A stretch of 32,000 nt of DNA from assembly GCA_026984675.1 (NCBI GenBank), contig JALSRQ010000146.1, forward strand, positions 1 through 32,000, read 5' to 3'. The DNA comes from Thermaceae bacterium (GTDB taxonomy: Bacteria > Deinococcota > Deinococci > Deinococcales > Marinithermaceae). Below the pieces are notes generated by a model. It ran no database searches and was not told the DNA's origin. It was given only the letters and a program-made list of their open reading frames with translations. Every line of letters starts with the position of its first letter. The stretch's first letter is position 1. The position numbers and the translations under genes are program-made. Of this stretch, positions 25,720-32,000 are shown in pieces.

Positions 25720-27591
25720 ATGAAGAACGCCAAGGCCACCCCCGCCTACACCCTGAAGCTCGCCCTCGCCGCCCTCGGGGTGGTGTTCGGCGACATCGGC
25801 ACCAGCCCCCTCTACGCGGTGCGGGAGTCGCTGGCCCCCCGCCACGGGGTCGGCCACGGCCCGGAGGCGGTGCTTGGGGTCCTCTCGCTGATCTTCTGGT
25901 CTTTGGTGGTGGTGATCTCGGTCAAGTACCTGATCTTCGTGATGCAGGCCGACAACCACGGCGAAGGGGGCATCATGGCCCTCACCGCCCTGGTGATGCC
26001 GCGGGAGGAGAACGCCGAGCGCTGGCGGTACCTGGCCGTGGTGCTGGGGATCTTTGGGGCCGCCCTCCTCTACGGCGACGGGATGATCACCCCGGCGATC
26101 TCGGTTCTGAGCGCGGTGGAGGGCCTCAAGGTCGCCTCGCCGGCCCTGGCCCCCTACGTGATCCCCATCACCCTGGCGATCCTGGTGGGGCTGTTCGCGC
26201 TCCAGGCCCGGGGCACCGGCGGCGTGGGTCGGCTGTTCGGACCGGTGATGCTGGTTTGGTTCGCCACCCTGGCGGTTTTGGGGGCGGTGCAGCTGGCGCA
26301 GAACCCGGCGGTGCTCGCCGCCCTCTGGCCCCACCACGCGATCGGCTTTCTGATCCGCCACGGGCTGCAGGGGTTTTTGGTGCTGGGCTCGGTCTTCCTG
26401 GTGGTGACCGGGGGCGAGGCCCTCTACGCCGACCTGGGGCACTTCGGCCGCGCCCCCATCCGCCTCGCCTGGTTCTTCTACGTCTTTCCCGCCCTCCTGC
26501 TCAACTACTTCGGGCAGGGGGCGTTGATCCTCAGGGATCCGGCGGCGCTGGAGAGCCCGTTCTTTCTGATGGCCCCGGCCTGGGCCGGTTACCCCCTGGT
26601 CCTGCTGGCCGCCGCCGCCACCGTGATCGCCTCCCAGGCGGTGATCTCGGGGTCGTTCTCGCTCACCCGCCAGGCCATCCAGCTCGGCTACCTCCCCCGG
26701 ATGCGGATCGTCCAGACCTCCAGCGAGGAGCGCGGCCAGGTTTACGTGCCCTTCGTCAACTGGACGTTGATGTTCCTCACCCTGGCACTGGTGGTCGGAT
26801 TCAAGTCCTCCTCCAACCTGGCCGGGGCCTACGGGGTGGGGGTCTCCACCGACATGGTCTTCACCACCCTGCTCTTTTCCCTGATCGTCTACAAGCTCTG
26901 GAAGTGGCCGGCGCTCGGGGTGGGGGTGATGTTCCTCGCCTTCATCACGGTGGACACCTCGTTCTGGCTCACCAACCTGGTCAAGGTCCCCCAGGGCGGC
27001 TGGGTGCCCCTGGTGGTGGCGTTCACCACCTACACCCTGATGAGCACCTGGAAGCGGGGCCGCGAGGCCCTCACCCAGGCCCTCCACACCGGCACGGTGG
27101 CGCTGGAGGAGCTGGTGGAGAACCTCCGGGAGGGCCGCTACCCCCGGGTGCCCGGCACCGCCGTGTACATGACCGCCAACCCCCGCTCGGCCCCCGACGT
27201 GCTGCTCGCCCACCTCCACCACCACGGGGTGCTCCACGAGCGGGTGGTGATCTGCAGCGTGCGCACCTCCGAGCGGCCCCGGGTCCTGCCGGAGCGGCGG
27301 GCCTTCCGCAAGGAGGTGGGGGAGGGGATCGAGCGGCTGATCCTGATCTACGGCTTCATGGAGACCCCCAACCTGACCCTCGAGCTCCACGAGCGGCCCG
27401 ACCTCGGCATCGAGCCCTACGAGTCGCACTTCTTCCTGGGGCGGGAGCTGGTGGTGCCGGCCGGCCGCTACATGCCGAAGTGGCGCGAGGTCCTCTTCTC
27501 GCTGATGCGGCGGAACGCCGAGAGCCCGGTGATCTTCTTCCACCTTCCCCCCGAGCGGTCGCTGGAGGTCGGGGTCTTCGCCCGTATCTGA
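25720..27591 (+). CDS. kup: KUP/HAK/KT potassium uptake transporter
   Basis: GVVFGDIGTSPLYAV signature, about 12 TM segments and a C-terminal cytosolic domain. The upstream part of ORF-track entry 25165..27591 overlaps the previous gene and is rejected. Confidence 0.92.
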   Translation: MKNAKATPAYTLKLALAALGVVFGDIGTSPLYAVRESLAPRHGVGHGPEAVLGVLSLIFWSLVVVISVKYLIFVMQADNHGEGGIMALTALVMPREENAERWRYLAVVLGIFGAALLYGDGMITPAISVLSAVEGLKVASPALAPYVIPITLAILVGLFALQARGTGGVGRLFGPVMLVWFATLAVLGAVQLAQNPAVLAALWPHHAIGFLIRHGLQGFLVLGSVFLVVTGGEALYADLGHFGRAPIRLAWFFYVFPALLLNYFGQGALILRDPAALESPFFLMAPAWAGYPLVLLAAAATVIASQAVISGSFSLTRQAIQLGYLPRMRIVQTSSEERGQVYVPFVNWTLMFLTLALVVGFKSSSNLAGAYGVGVSTDMVFTTLLFSLIVYKLWKWPALGVGVMFLAFITVDTSFWLTNLVKVPQGGWVPLVVAFTTYTLMSTWKRGREALTQALHTGTVALEELVENLREGRYPRVPGTAVYMTANPRSAPDVLLAHLHHHGVLHERVVICSVRTSERPRVLPERRAFRKEVGEGIERLILIYGFMETPNLTLELHERPDLGIEPYESHFFLGRELVVPAGRYMPKWREVLFSLMRRNAESPVIFFHLPPERSLEVGVFARI

Positions 27592-27615
27592 CCGGCGGGT
27601 CAGTAAGATGGGGGG

Positions 27616-28488
27616 GTGCCGGCCTTCGTCTACCCCCTGGTCGCGGTCACTTTCTGGGGCCTCAACTTCGTTCTCCTCAAGATGCTGGTGGGGGTGCTCC
27701 CGCCCCACGCGATGAACACCTTCCGCACCCTGGTGGCGGCGGGGGGCTTTCTGCTCCTGGCCCGGGGATCGGGGCCCACCCGGATCCCCCGCCGGGACGC
27801 GCTTTGGATCCTCCTCTTTGGATTCGTGGGCAACGGCCTCTTCCAGTGGTTCCTCATGGAAGGGGTGCTCCGCACCCCGGCCTCGATCGCCGCCGTGGCC
27901 AACGCCACCAACCCCGCCTGGCTGGCGCTGGTCGCCTACCTCTGGCTGGGCGAGCGGCTCTCGCTTCCCGGGTACCTGGGCATCCTCCTCGCCGGGGTCG
28001 GGGTCGCCCTGCTGGGGCTCGGCGGCGGGGGCGGCGAGGTCGGGGTGGGGGTGGGGCTTTTGGTCCTGGCCTCGCTGGCCTGGGCGGTCTACTCGGTCTC
28101 GGCCCGCACGGTGGGGAACCGTTACCCCCTGCTCGCCTGGGTGAGCCTCGGCTACGTGGGGGGAATGATCCCCTACTGGCTTTTTAACCTGCCCGGCCTC
28201 CTCCGCCTCGACTACCCGGCGGTGCCCCCCTGGGCCTGGCTGGGAATCGCCGCCAGCGGGCTCCTTGCGAACCTCGCCGCCTACCTCGCCTGGATGCGGG
28301 GGGTCCAGCTGCTGGGGGCCGCCAAGGCGGGGGTCTGGCAGAACCTGGCCCCGGTGCTGGGGGCGCTCGGCGGCTACCTCTTCCTGGGGGAGCGGCTCCC
28401 GCCCCTGGCTCTTTTGGGGGGCGTGTTGGTCCTCGCCGGGGTGGCCCTCACGCAGCGCGCCAGATCGCGGGATCGGCGGGATTCCTAG
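27616..28488 (+). CDS. EamA/DMT-family transporter
   Basis: Ten hydrophobic segments in two EamA-like halves. TAAGAT (27604-27609) lies 6 nt upstream of the GTG start. Confidence 0.8.
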   Translation: MPAFVYPLVAVTFWGLNFVLLKMLVGVLPPHAMNTFRTLVAAGGFLLLARGSGPTRIPRRDALWILLFGFVGNGLFQWFLMEGVLRTPASIAAVANATNPAWLALVAYLWLGERLSLPGYLGILLAGVGVALLGLGGGGGEVGVGVGLLVLASLAWAVYSVSARTVGNRYPLLAWVSLGYVGGMIPYWLFNLPGLLRLDYPAVPPWAWLGIAASGLLANLAAYLAWMRGVQLLGAAKAGVWQNLAPVLGALGGYLFLGERLPPLALLGGVLVLAGVALTQRARSRDRRDS

Positions 28489-28837
28489 CCGCGAACACCT
28501 CCTGGGCGAGCTCGGGGCCGGCCTGGGCGAGCTCGGCGAGCCGGCCGGGGGCCAGGGCGGCCTCGTAGAGCCGGGTCACGCCGTGGGCCTCGAGGAAGCC
28601 CAGGAGCTCGGCGAGCTCGGCCTCCCCCTCGGGTCCTAGGGCGGGGCCGAAGGCGGGGTAGGTGGCCACCGGTTCCGGGGTCCCGAAGACGAAGACGGCG
28701 TAGGCGGCCCGCTCGCGCTCTCCTTGCCAGGGGCCGACCAGGGTGACCGAGAGCTTGGGCCAGTGGGCCCCCTTGAGGGCCTGGATCAGGGCCTCCTTGG
28801 TGGCCTTGGGGTTGCCGGGGGTTCCGACCAGCTTCAT
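28448..28837 (-). CDS. Hypothetical protein, 129 aa
   Basis: CAGAAT lies 6 nt upstream of the ATG at 28837. No recognisable motif. 3' end overlaps the convergent EamA gene by 41 nt. Confidence 0.5.
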   Translation of the reverse strand: MKLVGTPGNPKATKEALIQALKGAHWPKLSVTLVGPWQGERERAAYAVFVFGTPEPVATYPAFGPALGPEGEAELAELLGFLEAHGVTRLYEAALAPGRLAELAQAGPELAQEVFAARNPADPAIWRAA

Positions 28838-28856
28838 GCCCCCATTCTGGCACGAA

Positions 28857-28884
28857 GGGCGGCCCCCCGCGCGGGGGGCCGCCC
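28857..28884 (-). terminator. 28-bp perfect G/C palindrome, probable terminator downstream of ctp
   Basis: GGGCGGCCCCCCGCGCGGGGGGCCGCCC equals its own reverse complement. On the - strand it is followed by TTCGT. Confidence 0.55.
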
Positions 28885-28900
28885 CGGGAGAGCCGCGCGG

Positions 28901-30253
28901 CTAGGGGGCGGGGACCGGTTCGCCCAGGACCTCGAGGCCCTTTCTCAGGATGGCGTCGTGCTTGAGGTCGAGGAGGGCCTTGCCGGGAACCGAGGAGACC
29001 GGCCGGGGCGGCACCTCCTCGCTGTAGCTGAACTTGCCGTCGGCGTCGACCTTGGCCTTGAGGCGCTTGATCTCCTTGCCGGAGGGGTCCCGGACGATCA
29101 GCTCGACCTCGCCGCCGGCGGGGGCGCCGAGCCCTTCGAACGCGAGCGGCTCGGGGAAACGGGTGTCCTTCACCGCGATGTCGGGGGTGATCCCCTTCCG
29201 GTGGATGCTCCGCTTTTTCGGGGTGAGCCACTCGAAGGTGACCAGGGTGAGCTCGCCGCCGTTGGCCAGGGTGAAGACGTTCTGCCCGACCCCCTTGCCG
29301 AAGGTCTTCTCGCCGATCACCTTGGCCCGCCGGTAGTCCTGCATCGCCCCCGAGACGATCTCCGAGGCGCTGGCGGTGTTGGCGTTGACCAGCACCACCA
29401 TCGGGCCGCTCCAGGCGGTCTCCGGCCCCGCCTCGCAGAACGGCCGGGTGACCTCCCGCGAACGGGTGTAGACGATCACCCCGTGGTCGAGGAAGGCGTC
29501 GGCGACCTGGCAGCCCTGGTCGAGGAGCCCGCCGCCGTTGTCCCGGAGGTCGAGGATCAGCTTCTTGGCGCCCTGGGCCTTGAGGTCGGCGATCGCCCGC
29601 TTGAGCTGGTCGATGACCTTGACGTTCAGGAAGGTCTCGATCGCCACGTAGCCGACGTCCTTGGTGACCATCGCCTTGGAGACCGAGACGATCTCGATCT
29701 TCTCGCGGCGGATCTTGAAGCGCAGGGTGGCCCGGGAGCCCTTGCGGTGGACGCCGATCTCGACGATCGTCCCCTTGGGGCCGCGGATCTTGGCCACGAT
29801 GTCGAAGAGGTCGAGCTTGGTGACGTCCTCGCCGTCGACCTCGACGATCTCGTCGCCGGCTTTGAGGCCGGCCCGGAAGGCGGGGCCGCCCCGGAACACG
29901 GTGAGGATCTTGGCCCCGGTGCCGTCGGGGCGGGCCGCCTGGATCACCACCCCGATGCCGAAGAACTCGCCCTGGACGTCCTCGTTGCGGATCCGGGTGT
30001 GGCGCGGCGGGCTGTAGCTGGTGAAGGGGTCGTCGAGGGCGTCGACCTGGCCCCGGATGGCGCCCTCGAGGACCCGCTTCAGCCCCTTGTCGTCAAGCTT
30101 CCTGAGATAATGCTCCTTGATAATCTGGTAGGTTTCCACCGCCGCCCGGCCGTTGGGGTCCTGGGTGAACTCGCCGGCCCCCGACTGAAACTGGGCGACC
30201 CCCACCGCGGCGAGCACCGCGATGGCGGCGGCGATCAGGCGATTTCGCTTCAT
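28901..30253 (-). CDS. S41 carboxy-terminal processing protease with PDZ domain
   Basis: Signal/anchor MKRNRLIAAAIAVLAAV. PDZ segment (GIGVVI..., AGLKAGDEIVEVDG). S41 motifs (NTASASEIVSGAMQD, GEKTFGKG). Start set at 30253 because TAGAAT (30261-30266, - strand) lies 7 nt upstream; the ORF-track ATG at 30262 sits inside that box. Confidence 0.88.
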   Translation of the reverse strand: MKRNRLIAAAIAVLAAVGVAQFQSGAGEFTQDPNGRAAVETYQIIKEHYLRKLDDKGLKRVLEGAIRGQVDALDDPFTSYSPPRHTRIRNEDVQGEFFGIGVVIQAARPDGTGAKILTVFRGGPAFRAGLKAGDEIVEVDGEDVTKLDLFDIVAKIRGPKGTIVEIGVHRKGSRATLRFKIRREKIEIVSVSKAMVTKDVGYVAIETFLNVKVIDQLKRAIADLKAQGAKKLILDLRDNGGGLLDQGCQVADAFLDHGVIVYTRSREVTRPFCEAGPETAWSGPMVVLVNANTASASEIVSGAMQDYRRAKVIGEKTFGKGVGQNVFTLANGGELTLVTFEWLTPKKRSIHRKGITPDIAVKDTRFPEPLAFEGLGAPAGGEVELIVRDPSGKEIKRLKAKVDADGKFSYSEEVPPRPVSSVPGKALLDLKHDAILRKGLEVLGEPVPAP

Positions 30254-30260
30254 GCCGGCC

Positions 30261-30294
30261 ATTCTAACGATTCCGGCATGAGAACTTGTACGCT
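30261..30294. promoter_or_regulatory. Back-to-back divergent -10 boxes for leaderless ctp and ftsE
   Basis: - strand: TAGAAT (30261-30266), N7, ATG 30253. + strand: TACGCT (30289-30294), N6, GTG 30301. The whole intergenic space is 47 nt. Confidence 0.4.
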
Positions 30295-30300
30295 AAATGC

Positions 30301-30984
30301 GTGATCCACCTCCACCGGGTCTCGCTCCACTACCCGCGGACCAAGACCCTGGCCCTCTACGAGGTGAACCTCGAGATCAAGCGGGGGGAGTTCGTCTTCC
30401 TGGTGGGTCCCTCGGGGGCGGGCAAGTCGAGCCTTTTAAACCTCGTCCTCCGCCGCTACCACCCCACCCGGGGGGCGGTTTACGTCGAGGGGGTGAACCT
30501 GAGAAAGCTCCGGGGCCACCGGGTCGCCCTCTACCGCCGGCGGGTCGGGGTGGTCTTCCAGGACCACCGGCTCCTTCCCCGGCGGACGGTGGAGGAGAAC
30601 CTCGCCTTCGTCCTCCGGGTGCGGGGGGTGCCCCGGCGGGAGTGGCCCGAGCGCATCGCCCGGGTTCTCCGCACGGTGGGGCTTTCCCACAAGAAACGGG
30701 CCTTTCCCGAGGCCCTCTCGGTGGGGGAGGCCCAGCGGGTGGCGGTGGCCCGGGCCCTGATCGGCGAGCCGCAGATCCTCCTGGCCGACGAACCCACCGG
30801 CAACCTCGACCGCGACAACGCCCTGGCGGTGCTCGAGCTCTTCAAGCTGGCCCACGCCAAGGGGACCACGGTGGTGTTCGCCACCCACGCCCGGGAGCTG
30901 GTGGAGGCCTACCCCCAGCGGGTCGTGGCGTTGAAGGCGGGCCAGCTGGTGGCCGACCGCAGGCCCGGTAGAATGGAAGCCTAG
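30301..30984 (+). CDS. ftsE: Cell-division ABC ATPase FtsE
   Basis: (M)IHLHRVSLHY matches the usual FtsE N-terminus. Walker A GPSGAGKSS, signature LSVGEAQRV, Walker B ILLADEPTGNLD. The TTG at 30286 in the ORF track is a possible alternative start. Confidence 0.85.
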   Translation: MIHLHRVSLHYPRTKTLALYEVNLEIKRGEFVFLVGPSGAGKSSLLNLVLRRYHPTRGAVYVEGVNLRKLRGHRVALYRRRVGVVFQDHRLLPRRTVEENLAFVLRVRGVPRREWPERIARVLRTVGLSHKKRAFPEALSVGEAQRVAVARALIGEPQILLADEPTGNLDRDNALAVLELFKLAHAKGTTVVFATHARELVEAYPQRVVALKAGQLVADRRPGRMEA

Positions 30985-31000
30985 GGGGAAGGAGGCCGCT

Positions 31001-31540
31001 ATGAACATCTACAAGTTCGTCGGACGCAACGTCGAGATCACCGACGCCATCCGCAACTACGTGGAGAAGAAGCTCGCGCGGCTGGAGCGCTACCACGACG
31101 CCATCCAGGACGCCAAGGTGGTGCTTTCCCTCGCCGGCAGCCCCCACGTCGAGCGGCGGGCCAAGGCCGAGATCCAGCTCAACGTGCGGGGCGGGCTGAT
31201 CCGGGTCGAGGAGGAGGACCCCGACATGTACGCCGCCATCGACCGGGCGGTGGAGGTGCTGGAGAAGCAGCTGAAGCGGTTCAAGGGCCGGTTGATGGGC
31301 AAGCGCCACACCGCCCTGGGCCAGCCCAGCGCCCCGCCCCCGGAGGAGGCCGAGGAGGCGCCCGAGATCGTGCGGGTCAAGCGCTTCGAGATGAAGCCGA
31401 TGACCCCGGAGGACGCGGCGGTCCAGATGGAGGCCCTGGGCCACAGCTTCTTCGTCTTCAAGAACGCCGACACCGGCGCGATCAACGTGATCTACCGCCG
31501 CAAGGACGGCAACTACGGGTTGATCGAGCCCCGGGGGTAG
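31001..31540 (+). CDS. hpf: Long-form ribosome hibernation promoting factor
   Basis: N-terminal RaiA/HPF domain (ITDAIRNYVEKKLARLERY) and C-terminal dimerisation domain (VRVKRFEMKPMTPEDAAVQMEALGHSFFVFKN). GGAGG SD. Confidence 0.92.
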   Translation: MNIYKFVGRNVEITDAIRNYVEKKLARLERYHDAIQDAKVVLSLAGSPHVERRAKAEIQLNVRGGLIRVEEEDPDMYAAIDRAVEVLEKQLKRFKGRLMGKRHTALGQPSAPPPEEAEEAPEIVRVKRFEMKPMTPEDAAVQMEALGHSFFVFKNADTGAINVIYRRKDGNYGLIEPRG

Positions 31541-31543
31541 GCG

Positions 31544-32000
31544 GTGCGGGCCCTCGCGTTCCTGGGGCTCCTTTTGGGGGTGGTCGCGATGGCCGAGGGC
31601 TTTACCCTAAAAAGCCCCGCCTTCGCCTACGGCGGGGCGGTGCCCAAACGCTACACCTGCGACGGGGAGGACCGCTCCCCGCCCCTACGCTGGCAGGGGG
31701 TCCCCGAGGGAACCGGCGCCCTCTTGCTCTACGTCTTCGACCCCGACGCCCCGGTGGGGACCTTCGTCCACTGGGTCGCCTACGACCTGCCCCCCGACCG
31801 GAACGGGCTCCCCGAGGGGGTGCCCAAGACCCCTGAGGCGATGGGCTTTAAGCAGGCGACGAACGACTTCCGGCGGGTGGGCTACGGGGGACCCTGCCCG
31901 CCCCGGGGGCACGGCTCCCACCGCTACTTCTTCCGCCTCTACGCCCTCGACGGTCCCTTGGGGCTCGCCCCCGGCCGGCCCGCCCGCGAGGTCCTGAAGG
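31544..32000 (+). CDS. YbhB/YbcL-family PEBP (Raf-kinase-inhibitor-like) protein, 3'-truncated by the window edge
   Basis: Hand translation from the GTG at 31544 gives a signal-like VRALAFLGLLLGVVAMA, then YTCDGEDRSPPLRW, DPDAPVGTFVHW and GPCPPRGHGSHRYFFRLYAL. Not in the ORF track because there is no stop inside the window. Confidence 0.85.
   Translation, partial: MRALAFLGLLLGVVAMAEGFTLKSPAFAYGGAVPKRYTCDGEDRSPPLRWQGVPEGTGALLLYVFDPDAPVGTFVHWVAYDLPPDRNGLPEGVPKTPEAMGFKQATNDFRRVGYGGPCPPRGHGSHRYFFRLYALDGPLGLAPGRPAREVLK

Noticed and set aside
28448-28488. 41-nt convergent overlap between the EamA gene and the 129-aa hypothetical gene, as a possible antisense regulatory arrangement
   Set aside because: More likely reflects uncertainty in the real end of one ORF in GC-rich DNA. 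No supporting structure or motif.

Overview
High-GC (about 68-70%) chromosomal segment from a Thermus/Meiothermus-like bacterium (Deinococcota). Supporting this: the EF-P fragment closely resembles the T. thermophilus protein as I remember it, many genes look leaderless, and there is a PH75-like phage coat gene. Most of the window is tightly packed housekeeping DNA on the + strand: efp-accB-accC, asp23-nusB-folD, a thiol/Fe-S redox neighbourhood, ggt, tRNA-Leu(CAA), secG, a five-gene Opp/Dpp-type peptide ABC transporter, kup, an EamA exporter, ctp, ftsE, hpf and a PEBP gene. The one accessory region is about 2316-9007, a roughly 6.7 kb lower-GC insertion that splits accC from asp23-nusB-folD. 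It holds a complete filamentous (inovirus) prophage on the - strand in the Ff gene order: Rep, ssDNA-binding-like protein, three micro-ORFs, major coat, pIII-like, pVI-like, Zot/pI. No secretin or phage integrase is present. At its left end, convergently oriented, is an unusually compact IS110-family DEDD recombinase gene. That gene is bracketed by a 9-bp direct repeat (ATACCCCAC) whose second copy lies in a 124-nt non-coding stretch resembling an uninterrupted copy of the chromosomal insertion site. The main lead is therefore an inovirus coupled to an IS110-type, possibly RNA-guided, recombinase in a thermophile. The alternative is a minimal IS that landed inside a phiOH3-like prophage. All homology statements come from motif recognition and memory, not database searches.
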